A DNA stretch of 33,197 nucleotides. Source: a virus. Its lineage: Duplodnaviria > Caudoviricetes. Shown in pieces: positions 8,448 to 17,720 of this stretch (position 1 is the stretch's first letter; each line of letters starts with the position of its first letter). Under the pieces are notes generated by a model that was not told the origin of the DNA, did no database searches, and saw only the letters and a program-made list of their open reading frames with translations. Position numbers and translations under genes: made by a program. The stretch lies in IMG/VR virus record IMGVR_UViG_3300043391_000060, positions 1 through 33,197 of that record, one strand, 5' to 3'.

Positions 8448-10936
8448 TGAACTTTTACAAATCAGTTATAGAACATAGAGGTAAAATCCTTGTTAGAGGT
8501 ATACATGAGGGTAAAGAATATAAGGAAAGAATAGACTTTGGCCCAACTCTATATTCATTAACACAAGAAAAAACAGAATTTAAAACTCTACAAGGCCAGA
8601 ATTTAAAACCAATAACGTTTAAAACTATTGATGATGCTAGAAGATTTAGACGAGAAGTAGTTACAGAAAATTCACCTATCTACGGCCTAGAGAGATATCA
8701 CTATCAATATATTAATAAATTTCATACAGATAATATAGATTGGGATAAGAAGTTTATTAAAATCTTCACATTAGATATAGAAACTACCTGCGAAAACGGA
8801 TTCCCAGATGTAGAAAAACCAACAGAAGAAATACTTTGTATCACAGTTAAAAATCAATCCAATAAACAAATATTAACTTGGGGTGTTGGCGATTATAAAA
8901 CAGACAGAGCAGATATAACTTACGTTAAATGTAAAGATGAAAAACATTTGATGTTAGAATTTATGAAGTTTTGGATTAAAAATCATCCAGATGTTATTAC
9001 AGGCTGGAATACTAAATTCTTTGACTTACCTTATTTAATGAATAGAATTATATTAATTGCAGGCGAAAAAGTTGCACAGAAGATGTCGCCTTGGAATCTA
9101 TTTCAAAAAGAGGAAGTAATGGTAAGAGGCAGACCTAAAACTGTTTATTCAATACATGGTATTACTAATTTAGATTACTTAGATTTATATCAATGGTTTA
9201 TTCCTACTAGACAAGAGAGTTACAAGTTAGATTTTATTGGTGAGTTAGAACTTGGTCGTGGTAAAGATGAAATGAAACACGATACATTTAAAGATTGGTA
9301 CACAAATGACTTTCAATCATTTATAGATTATAATATTCAAGACGTTGAAATCGTTGACGCATTAGAAGATAAACTTGGTCTAATTGACTTATCATTAACT
9401 GTTGCTTATGAATCTAAAGTAAACTACGGTGATATCTTTTCACAAGTAAGAGTGTGGGACACTTTAATTGCAAATCATTTATTAAAGAAAAATATTTGTA
9501 TTCCACCACGTGAAGATAATACTAAGGATGAAAAGTATGAAGGCGCTTATGTAAAAGATCCAATACTTGGTATGCACAAGTGGGTTGTTTCTTTTGATAT
9601 CAATTCACTATACCCTCATATTATTATACAATATAATATTTCACCAGAAAAAATTATTGGTTTAAATTCAGAAGGCATATCTGTTAATAAGATGTTAGAT
9701 AAGTCATCATCATTAGATTATTTAAAAGATAAGAATGCTTGTATTACACCTAATGGTGCATTGTTTAAAAACGATAGTCAAGGTTTTCTACCAGAGATGA
9801 TGGAGACTATGTATAATGAACGTGTTGTTTTTAAAGACAGAATGTTAAAAGCAAAAAAAGAATACGAGAAAACAAAAGATCCAAGTTTGATTAGAGAGAT
9901 ATCACGTTGTCATAATATTCAATGGGCAAGAAAGATCGCCTTAAACTCAGCTTACGGTGCAGTAGGTAATGAATACTTTAGATATTATGATGTAAGACAG
10001 GCCAGTGCGATTACTACAGCAGGACAATTTATCATTAGATTTATAGAAGAAAAGGTTAATACGTATTTGAATGATATATTAAAACCAGAAAATAAGATAG
10101 ATTACATTGTGGCATCCGACACAGATTCTATTTACGTTACATTAGATAAACTTGTAGAACAAACTTGTAAGGATAAAACAGAAGATCAAGTATGTAATTT
10201 TTTAAATAAGGTTGTTGATAGTAGAATTGAACCATTCTTAAATAAATGTTTTGAAGAACTTGCTGATTACACAAACGCATTTAAGAACTGTATGGTAATG
10301 AAACGAGAAGTAATTGCCAATAAAGGTATTTGGGTTGCAAAGAAAAGATATATGTTGAATGTATTAGATGAAGAAGGAGTTAGACTTTCTCAACCTAAGT
10401 TAAAGATTATGGGTATTGAAGCAGTTAAATCTTCAACACCACAAGTTTGTAGAGGTAGAATTAAAGAGGCCATTAAAATTATAATGAGTAAAGATGAAGA
10501 TACTTTACAAAAGTTTATTGCTGATTTTAAAAAAGAGTTTTTTACTATGTCGGCCGAACAGATATCTTTCCCTAGATCATGTAATAATATGAAAAAATAT
10601 TATGACAGCAATAATATCTTTATTAAAGGTACGCCAATACATGTTAAAGGTTCTTTAATTTATAATCATCAGATAAAAGAATTTAAACTTAAAAGTAAAT
10701 ACCCACTAATACAAGAAGGAGATAAAATCAAATTTCTTAAACTAGTTGAAGCTAATCCATTTAAGTTTGATGTAATCAGTTACATTACTACACTACCAAA
10801 AGAGTTTAAATTACAACAGTATATAGATTATGAAACTCAATTTGAAAAAACATTTTTAGATCCAATGAGATTTATATTACAATCTATTGGTTGGTCGCAA
10901 GAAAAGAAAGCAAACTTAGAGGCATTTTTTCAATGA
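8447..10936 (+). CDS. gp43: family B DNA polymerase
   Basis: Exonuclease LDIET and GWN...FD, polymerase SFDINSLYP, KIALNSAYG, SDTDS. Confidence 0.98.
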   Translation: MNFYKSVIEHRGKILVRGIHEGKEYKERIDFGPTLYSLTQEKTEFKTLQGQNLKPITFKTIDDARRFRREVVTENSPIYGLERYHYQYINKFHTDNIDWDKKFIKIFTLDIETTCENGFPDVEKPTEEILCITVKNQSNKQILTWGVGDYKTDRADITYVKCKDEKHLMLEFMKFWIKNHPDVITGWNTKFFDLPYLMNRIILIAGEKVAQKMSPWNLFQKEEVMVRGRPKTVYSIHGITNLDYLDLYQWFIPTRQESYKLDFIGELELGRGKDEMKHDTFKDWYTNDFQSFIDYNIQDVEIVDALEDKLGLIDLSLTVAYESKVNYGDIFSQVRVWDTLIANHLLKKNICIPPREDNTKDEKYEGAYVKDPILGMHKWVVSFDINSLYPHIIIQYNISPEKIIGLNSEGISVNKMLDKSSSLDYLKDKNACITPNGALFKNDSQGFLPEMMETMYNERVVFKDRMLKAKKEYEKTKDPSLIREISRCHNIQWARKIALNSAYGAVGNEYFRYYDVRQASAITTAGQFIIRFIEEKVNTYLNDILKPENKIDYIVASDTDSIYVTLDKLVEQTCKDKTEDQVCNFLNKVVDSRIEPFLNKCFEELADYTNAFKNCMVMKREVIANKGIWVAKKRYMLNVLDEEGVRLSQPKLKIMGIEAVKSSTPQVCRGRIKEAIKIIMSKDEDTLQKFIADFKKEFFTMSAEQISFPRSCNNMKKYYDSNNIFIKGTPIHVKGSLIYNHQIKEFKLKSKYPLIQEGDKIKFLKLVEANPFKFDVISYITTLPKEFKLQQYIDYETQFEKTFLDPMRFILQSIGWSQEKKANLEAFFQ

Positions 10937-11124
10937 TGACTTGGCTATTTTATACTGTACCTGAAAACAGAAGATTACATTATTTAATATGTTTATGGGT
11001 AGCTCTTGTTATTATACCTCATTATGTATTAGGAATGACCTTTACTATACCAATGCAATTTATAAATTTTATATGTTATGATATATTATATTACTATCTT
11101 TTAGGAAAAGGTCTTTTTAATTAA
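10933..11124 (+). CDS. small membrane protein (start re-assigned to ATG 10933)
   Basis: ATGA overlap with the gp43 stop; hydrophobic segments. Confidence 0.6.
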   Translation: MMTWLFYTVPENRRLHYLICLWVALVIIPHYVLGMTFTIPMQFINFICYDILYYYLLGKGLFN

Positions 11125-11125
11125 T

Positions 11126-11662
11126 ATGATTAATTTTCCTAATAAAAAATATAAAGTAATTTATGCTGATCCGCCTTGGTACTTCAAATCATACAGTAAA
11201 AAAGGTGAAGGAAGAAATGCTACACAACATTATGACTGTATGAAGATTGAAGATATTAAAAATCTACCAGTTAAAGATATATCAGAAAATGATTCAACAC
11301 TATTAATGTGGGTAACAGATCCTTTTTTAAAAATATCACTTGAAGTTATTGAGTCTTGGGGATTCAAATATAAAACTGTGGCATTTACCTGGGTGAAAAC
11401 CAATAAAAAAAGTCCAGGATATTTTAAAGGTTTGGGTTATTGGACAAGAGCTAATCCTGAAATGTGTTTGTTAGCAACTAAAGGCAAACCAAAAAGAATA
11501 AACAATGGAGTAGATCAACTTGTTGTTTCTAAATTAAGAGAACATTCAAGAAAACCTGATGAAGTTTATGAACGTATTGAAAAATTATTAGAAGGACCTT
11601 ATATAGAATTGTTTGCTCGTAATAAAAAAGATAATTGGTCTAGTTGGGGAAATCAAGTATGA
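11126..11662 (+). CDS. MT-A70 family N6-adenine methyltransferase
   Basis: VIYADPPW, LLMWVT, WGFKYKT, HSRKP, IELFAR. Confidence 0.92.
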   Translation: MINFPNKKYKVIYADPPWYFKSYSKKGEGRNATQHYDCMKIEDIKNLPVKDISENDSTLLMWVTDPFLKISLEVIESWGFKYKTVAFTWVKTNKKSPGYFKGLGYWTRANPEMCLLATKGKPKRINNGVDQLVVSKLREHSRKPDEVYERIEKLLEGPYIELFARNKKDNWSSWGNQV

Positions 11663-12762
11663 AAACTTTAACTAAAGAACAAGCACTACATTGTGCTAAA
11701 ATATTTAAAGATTATTTTGGTGGGTTTAATCGTATAGATGATTATATGAGAGATCAAAAACTGGCCTCTATACAAAACATTCCTGCTGGATTACCAGGCA
11801 TGAGTTTAGAAGATGATTTGTTTTCTGATTTTACAATGTCTCCTAATGATATGAAATTAGAAGTATTAGAAATAGATAATGTAACTTGGGACACTTGTAT
11901 TAATATGATATCAAGCCATAGTAACATGGTAAATATTCCTGGTAAAAATTTAAAATTAGCAGTTAAAGAAATGACAACTAATAAATTTGTTGGCTTTATA
12001 AGATTATCTTCACCAGTTATTAATATGAAACCTAGAAACGAAATGTTAGGTAATGTTCCCGATCTAAGTCATTTTAATAAAACGGCCATTATGGGGTTTG
12101 TAATAGTACCATCTCAACCTTTTGGTTATAATTATCTTGGTGGTAAACTATTGGCAGCTATTTGTTGTAGTCATAAAGTAAGAGACATGATGAATAAGAA
12201 GTATGATATGAACTTATGTTTATTTGAAACTACAAGTTTGTATGGTAACAGTAAATCATCAAGTCAGTATGATGGTATGAAACCTTATGTTAGATATAAA
12301 GGTCTAACTGATAGTGATTTTATTCCTATGTTACATGGTAAACCTTATGAACAATTAAGAGACTACGTTGAGAACATAGTAGGTGATCTAGTAAAAGAGG
12401 ATGCGTCTAGTAAGAAGTTAAAGTTAACTAATGCAATTATAGGTTTAATTAAACGATCTTTAAAAGACGACAAGACAGAACTAGAACATTTTAATAAAGT
12501 TATCAACAACGCAAAAGACTTGACAGAACAGAAAAGATACTATATAAGCCATTATGGTATCAAAAATTATATTGATATAGTAAATGGTAAGACAGATACT
12601 ATAATTAAAGATGATACCTATGATAAATTTGAACTAGAAAGTATTATAGAATGGTGGAGAAAGAAAGCGGCCATTCGTTATGAGACTTTAAAGAAAGAAA
12701 ATAGAATAAGAAATGAACTTGAACTTTGGACCAAAAATTCTTCAATACAAATCATACGATAA
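11659..12762 (+). CDS. DUF4338/DruA-like protein (start re-assigned to ATG 11659)
   Basis: PFGYNYLGGKLLAAICCS, FETTSLYG...SQY motifs; ATGA overlap with the methyltransferase stop. Confidence 0.6.
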   Translation: MKTLTKEQALHCAKIFKDYFGGFNRIDDYMRDQKLASIQNIPAGLPGMSLEDDLFSDFTMSPNDMKLEVLEIDNVTWDTCINMISSHSNMVNIPGKNLKLAVKEMTTNKFVGFIRLSSPVINMKPRNEMLGNVPDLSHFNKTAIMGFVIVPSQPFGYNYLGGKLLAAICCSHKVRDMMNKKYDMNLCLFETTSLYGNSKSSSQYDGMKPYVRYKGLTDSDFIPMLHGKPYEQLRDYVENIVGDLVKEDASSKKLKLTNAIIGLIKRSLKDDKTELEHFNKVINNAKDLTEQKRYYISHYGIKNYIDIVNGKTDTIIKDDTYDKFELESIIEWWRKKAAIRYETLKKENRIRNELELWTKNSSIQIIR

Positions 12763-12774
12763 AGATTTATTTTA

Positions 12775-12782
12775 TATAAATA
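12775..12782 (+). promoter_or_regulatory. T4-type late promoter upstream of speD
   Basis: TATAAATA in intergenic DNA. Confidence 0.6.
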
Positions 12783-12836
12783 ACTTTATATATATTGATG
12801 TGAACGTGAGGAGTTAATTTTAAAATTTACAGAGAG

Positions 12837-13313
12837 ATGGAACAGAACAAACTTTTAATACACAAACATTTAATTATTAGAGCCGAAGTGAAAAACCCAC
12901 CAAAAAACGAAGAACAACTTACAAACTGGTTAAAAGATTTTATTACTTTCATAGACATGAAAGTTTTAATGGGACCTTATGTTAGATATTGTAATACAGT
13001 GGGTAACAGAGGCATTACAGGTGTGGCCGTTATTGAAACAAGTCATATAGCAATGCACGTTTGGGACGAAACAGATCCTGGCATTATGCAGTTTGATGTT
13101 TATAGCTGCTCAGAATTTGATCCATATAAGATTGCAGATAAATTACAAGCAGACTTTGAAGTAACTAAATTAGATTATAAGTTCCTTAATAGAGAAACTG
13201 AATTGAAACCTATAAGGTTAAAGAAAGATACAATGAAAAACGTGGAAACTCATAAATATGCAAATAGTAATAATCAACAGACTCAACAACCCACCCTATT
13301 TAATATCTCCTAA
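12837..13313 (+). CDS. speD: S-adenosylmethionine decarboxylase family proenzyme (pyruvoyl-dependent)
   Basis: HLI, GITGVAVIETSHIAMHVW, FDVYSC. Confidence 0.85.
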   Translation: MEQNKLLIHKHLIIRAEVKNPPKNEEQLTNWLKDFITFIDMKVLMGPYVRYCNTVGNRGITGVAVIETSHIAMHVWDETDPGIMQFDVYSCSEFDPYKIADKLQADFEVTKLDYKFLNRETELKPIRLKKDTMKNVETHKYANSNNQQTQQPTLFNIS

Positions 13314-13437
13314 CTTTCTTCCAAAAGAACTTGACAGTTTAAAGGAAATGTTATATAATGAGAATATCAAATACGTATTAATATCTAGTGAAAAGGAGAA
13401 TTTAGAATATGAGCAATTTTTTAAAAGACATAATTAA
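13258..13437 (+). CDS. possible 59-aa protein missing from the ORF track
   Basis: [59 protein letters not shown]; spans the speD-uvsX gap. Confidence 0.45.
   Translation: MQIVIINRLNNPPYLISPNFLPKELDSLKEMLYNENIKYVLISSEKENLEYEQFFKRHN
13331..13359 (+). promoter_or_regulatory. consensus sigma70 promoter for uvsX-gp41
   Basis: TTGACA (13331-13336), 17 bp spacer, TATAAT (13354-13359); AAGGAG ribosome site before ATG 13409. Confidence 0.88.
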
Positions 13438-14431
13438 AGATGTAGGCAACGAGTATGCAACATTAGTATCAGATGGCATTGATAGTGCTGATGTAACAAA
13501 TTTTATAGACACAGGTTCATATTCATTTAACGCATTATTATCAGGCAGTATCTTTGGTGGTCTTGCAGATAATAAAATTACAGCTATTGCAGGTGAAGCC
13601 GCAACAGGTAAAACATTTTTTGCTTTAGGTATTTGTAAAAATTTCTTAGATAAAAATAAAGAAGCAGGCGTAATTTATTTTGAATCTGAAAGTGCAATCT
13701 CAAAAGAAATGATTGTTAGTAGAGGTGTAGATGCAACACGAATGGTAATTATTCCTGTGGCAACTGTACAAGAATTTAGAAATCAATCAATAAAAGTATT
13801 AGACAAATATTTAGAACAGCCAGAAGATAAAAGAAAACCATTAATGTTAGTGTTAGATAGTTTAGGTATGTTATCTACTACAAAAGAAATGGAAGATACG
13901 GCTGAAGGAAAAGAAACAAGAGATATGACAAGATCACAAATTGTCAAATCAACATTTAGAGTTTTAACATTGAAACTTGGCAGGGCAAAAGTTCCAATGA
14001 TAATGACCAACCACACATATGACGTAATAGGTTCTATGTATCCACAAAAAGAAATGGGTGGTGGTTCAGGTCTTAAATACGCTGCCTCATCAATCATCTA
14101 TCTCGGCAAAAGAAAAGAAAAAGATGCCGACAACGAAGTGATTGGTAATATTATCCACTGTAAAAACTACAAGTCAAGGTTAACAAAAGAAAATGCTCAA
14201 ATAGATGTGAGACTAACATACAAGTCTGGATTAGACAGATACTATGGTTTGTTAGAGATCGCAGAAGAAGCAGGCATTTTCAAAAAAGTATCAACAAGAT
14301 ATGAAATGCCAGATGGTACAAAAGTATTTGGTAAGTCTATCAATGATGAACCTGAAAAGTATTTTACAAAGGAAATATTAAAACAGATAGATGAAACAAC
14401 AAAGAAAAAATTCCTATACGGAGCAGAGTAA
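13409..14431 (+). CDS. uvsX: RecA-like recombinase UvsX
   Basis: [32 protein letters not shown]. Confidence 0.96.
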   Translation: MSNFLKDIIKDVGNEYATLVSDGIDSADVTNFIDTGSYSFNALLSGSIFGGLADNKITAIAGEAATGKTFFALGICKNFLDKNKEAGVIYFESESAISKEMIVSRGVDATRMVIIPVATVQEFRNQSIKVLDKYLEQPEDKRKPLMLVLDSLGMLSTTKEMEDTAEGKETRDMTRSQIVKSTFRVLTLKLGRAKVPMIMTNHTYDVIGSMYPQKEMGGGSGLKYAASSIIYLGKRKEKDADNEVIGNIIHCKNYKSRLTKENAQIDVRLTYKSGLDRYYGLLEIAEEAGIFKKVSTRYEMPDGTKVFGKSINDEPEKYFTKEILKQIDETTKKKFLYGAE

Positions 14432-14708
14432 TATAAAATATCTCTTTGTCCAAAAAGAAGGCGAAGATTATACTTGTATTAAACTTATAGAAGAAAAATA
14501 CTTAGGTATTGTTTACAAATACGGTAATGTACAATTTGCTAGTGAACCTAAAGAAGATGGTACACTACCAATGAGATTTACTTATGAAATTATTAAGAAT
14601 CCTGATGAAATTAAATTTGATGAACAAGAGTTTATTAATTACATTGGCGATATATTAGTAGAACTATTAGAAAAACAATTGACGGATGGAAAAGTTGAAT
14701 TTAAATAA
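14391..14708 (+). CDS. conserved hypothetical protein between uvsX and gp41
   Basis: ORF with GIVYKYGNV...[12 protein letters not shown]; exact start uncertain. Confidence 0.65.
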   Translation: MKQQRKNSYTEQSNIKYLFVQKEGEDYTCIKLIEEKYLGIVYKYGNVQFASEPKEDGTLPMRFTYEIIKNPDEIKFDEQEFINYIGDILVELLEKQLTDGKVEFK

Positions 14709-16068
14709 TGAACGAATAGAGATTACGATACTACGTAATTTCATATTTAACGAAGCATTTACTAGAAAGGCCTTACCTTTTTGTAAAGAGGATTACTTTA
14801 CAACACGTTCAGAAAGAATATTGTTTAGAGAAATAGATACCTTTGTAAACAAATATAAAAACATTCCAACAAAAGAAGCATTACTTATAGAACTAGGTCA
14901 AAGAAAAGATATTAACGAAGATGAGTTTAAATCTATAAAAGAATTACTATTATCTATCAGTGAAGAAAAAGTAGATTTACAATGGTTGTTTGATACAACT
15001 GAAAAGTTTTGTAAAGATAGAGCAATACATAACGCAGTATTAACTGGTATTAAAATATTAGATAAGAAAGATCCTAGATTAACGCCAGAGGCAATACCTG
15101 GTATTCTTGCAGACGCATTGGCCGTTTCTTTTGATAACCATATAGGGCATGATTACATAGAAGATGCAACTAGAAGATTTGATTTCTATCATACTAAAGA
15201 AAAGAAATATGAATTTGATTTATCTTATATGAATCGTATTACAAAAGGTGGCGTACCACCTAAAACTTTAAACATTGCATTGGCAGGTACTGGTGTTGGT
15301 AAATCTTTATTCATGTGTCATTGTGCATCCAGTTTCTTAACACAAGGTTTAAATGTATTATACATTACAATGGAGATGTCAGAAGAAAGAATTGCTGAAC
15401 GTATTGATGCCAATCTACTAGATGTAAATATGGACGACCTACACAGCATGCCTAGACAAATCTATGATGATAAGATTACTAAGATCAGAAACAAGACTGC
15501 TGGTAAATTAATTATAAAAGAATATCCAACAGCATCAGCACACGCTGGCCATTTTAGAGCACTATTAAATGAACTTGCATTAAAGAAATCTTTTAGACCA
15601 AACGTTATCTTTATTGATTATTTAAATATATGTTCTAGTAGTAGATTTAAAGGTGGTAATATATCTTCGTACTTCTTCATTAAGGCAATTGCCGAAGAAC
15701 TACGAGGTCTTGCAGTAGAGTTTAATGTACCTATCTTTAGTGCAACACAAACAACAAGAACAGGATTTATAAGTACAGATATTGGATTAGAAGATACTTC
15801 AGAATCGTTTGGTCTTCCAGCAACGGCCGATTTTATGTTTGCATTAATATCAAACGAAGAATTAGAAGCATTAGGTCAAATGAAGATTAAACAATTAAAG
15901 AATAGATATAATGATCCATCTATTAACCGTTCTTTTATAGTAGGTGTGGACAGAGCAAAAATGAAATTATATGATGTGTCTGTTAATGCACAGAATATAG
16001 TAGATAGCAACCAAAAGGAACCGACAGTTAAAACAAGTTATGATAAATTTTCGGATTTTAAAATATGA
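14686..16068 (+). CDS. gp41: replicative DnaB-like helicase
   Basis: AGTGVGKS, IKEYPT, FIDYL, SATQTTR, SESFGLPATAD, KQLKNRY. Confidence 0.97.
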   Translation: MEKLNLNNERIEITILRNFIFNEAFTRKALPFCKEDYFTTRSERILFREIDTFVNKYKNIPTKEALLIELGQRKDINEDEFKSIKELLLSISEEKVDLQWLFDTTEKFCKDRAIHNAVLTGIKILDKKDPRLTPEAIPGILADALAVSFDNHIGHDYIEDATRRFDFYHTKEKKYEFDLSYMNRITKGGVPPKTLNIALAGTGVGKSLFMCHCASSFLTQGLNVLYITMEMSEERIAERIDANLLDVNMDDLHSMPRQIYDDKITKIRNKTAGKLIIKEYPTASAHAGHFRALLNELALKKSFRPNVIFIDYLNICSSSRFKGGNISSYFFIKAIAEELRGLAVEFNVPIFSATQTTRTGFISTDIGLEDTSESFGLPATADFMFALISNEELEALGQMKIKQLKNRYNDPSINRSFIVGVDRAKMKLYDVSVNAQNIVDSNQKEPTVKTSYDKFSDFKI

Positions 16069-16322
16069 AAAGACAAAAGGTAAGATTTCACAAAAGCGAT
16101 AAAAGACCTGGCCATTTAGACAGACAATTATCATATGAAAAGAAGATGATTAAAAAAGAAAAAAGTATTTTATGGCAGGCCATTGAGAAACCAACAGGCA
16201 CTATAATAAGACAATCTTTCTTTGAAGAAGATATAGAAGATTTAGTTAAGTTTCAAAATGAACACCGTCAATGGCAACGCAATGGTGGTATACCTAAATT
16301 TCTTTGTGATACTATAAGATAG
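16065..16322 (+). CDS. basic hypothetical protein
   Basis: ATGA-coupled to gp41. Confidence 0.65.
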   Translation: MKRQKVRFHKSDKRPGHLDRQLSYEKKMIKKEKSILWQAIEKPTGTIIRQSFFEEDIEDLVKFQNEHRQWQRNGGIPKFLCDTIR

Positions 16323-16327
16323 TCATT

Positions 16328-16335
16328 TATAAATA
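16328..16335 (+). promoter_or_regulatory. T4-type late promoter
   Basis: TATAAATA 5 nt before ATG 16341. Confidence 0.7.
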
Positions 16336-16340
16336 TATGA

Positions 16341-17624
16341 ATGGCAGACGAAACAGCGATTCAAGAATCAGCACAAGCATTATTTATTTCCATAGCAGAT
16401 GGTTTAGGGGTATCTAAAGCTAAACAAGAATTTGATTGGAGAAAAAAATATCCAACCTACGAAGAATTTAAAAATAAAAATAATACAGCAATAGTACAAG
16501 CTTTTAAACACGTAGATTCAGTTGGTATAACGTTAGATATAATAGATAAGTATTTACTACAGAAAAAAAATTTAGATTGGTATAAATCTTGTATTAATAC
16601 AGGATTAAGAATCATTACCGATATTACTACAATAGATCCAGATTTTTCAAAAGTACAACCAATAGGTTGGAAAGACATTTGGTATTATCGTGCAGGTGCA
16701 TCAGGCGATAATGTTATGAATAATATTGCAAAACTTTTTAGTATTGTTAACAAAAATCAACCTGTATTTGGTCAAATTAATAAATGGAGTTCCGCAGATA
16801 TTTATTTTTCTACAGATAAAGGTAAAAAAAAAATTAAAGAACAATTAGAAATAGCTTCTTCGGTAAAATATAATTTTACAAATTTAAATGAACTTATTTC
16901 TAAGTTGATAGATTCAGGAGATTTATTAGGCATATCTTTAAAAAAATCACCAGTAGAAAGTCATCTTTATAAAGTAAATTTTTCTCCAACAGAGAATGAA
17001 AAACTTTTAATGGCTATTAAGTTTCACCATATTAAATCCGACAACCCTAGAGATATGCAAGTATTCTTTGGTCAAAATGGAGAAAATCATTTTAAGATAA
17101 GACATGATCCTTATAGTGAAAATTTAGGAGTGAACTTAGCAATAAAGGTTGAAATTGTAGGTAAATATAGTAGATTAGGTTCACTTGCATCTTTTGGTTC
17201 AGCAAATCCTTCAGGCAAAGGTCTTACAGATCATTGGCTTAAAGTAGATCCAATTACAGCTAGAACTATAGCTACCTCATTCAAATTAGGAGTAAAAAAT
17301 TATGAAACAGGTATAAGTAAATTAAATATTGAATATTCAAAAATGATTAAAAAACCTAATTTAAGAGGTAAAGAATTAAAAGCAGAACTTAAAAAACATA
17401 AATCTACTAAGAATAAATCAAAAACTCTATACGATCAGTATCAAGATGATAGAGTTATATTAAGTCAAAAACATATAGTAGATAGTTATAAAAAACAAGT
17501 TGTAAATTTTTTCAATGCTAAGGGTCCTAAAAATGATATACAAAAAGATAATCTAATAAGAGAGTGGTTTAGATATGCTTCCGCTATGAATCCTGGTTCA
17601 GGAAAATTCATTATTGCCAAATAA
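16341..17624 (+). CDS. hypothetical protein, possible PD-(D/E)xK nuclease-like fold
   Basis: N-terminal QES, KWSSADIYF and LLGISLKK resemble an E...D...SxK catalytic pattern. Confidence 0.5.
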   Translation: MADETAIQESAQALFISIADGLGVSKAKQEFDWRKKYPTYEEFKNKNNTAIVQAFKHVDSVGITLDIIDKYLLQKKNLDWYKSCINTGLRIITDITTIDPDFSKVQPIGWKDIWYYRAGASGDNVMNNIAKLFSIVNKNQPVFGQINKWSSADIYFSTDKGKKKIKEQLEIASSVKYNFTNLNELISKLIDSGDLLGISLKKSPVESHLYKVNFSPTENEKLLMAIKFHHIKSDNPRDMQVFFGQNGENHFKIRHDPYSENLGVNLAIKVEIVGKYSRLGSLASFGSANPSGKGLTDHWLKVDPITARTIATSFKLGVKNYETGISKLNIEYSKMIKKPNLRGKELKAELKKHKSTKNKSKTLYDQYQDDRVILSQKHIVDSYKKQVVNFFNAKGPKNDIQKDNLIREWFRYASAMNPGSGKFIIAK

Positions 17625-17625
17625 A

Positions 17626-17661
17626 TTGACATTTATACAGAAGTGTGATATAGTATAAATA
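17626..17661 (+). promoter_or_regulatory. overlapping sigma70-like and late promoters
   Basis: TTGACA (17626-17631), 17 bp spacer, TGn-TATAGT (17649-17654), then TATAAATA (17654-17661). Confidence 0.75.
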
Positions 17662-17720
17662 GTATTGTTGATATAGTCTATGGTTAGTTTGATTTTGTTT
17701 ATGGAAACAATGAGAGAGAA

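Noticed and set aside
11659-12762. Complete Druantia defence system
   Set aside because: Only a DruA-like gene is present; no DruE helicase or other components
8447-16068. Introns or inteins in gp43, uvsX or gp41
   Set aside because: Lengths and motif spacing look normal, with no insertions or splicing motifs seen
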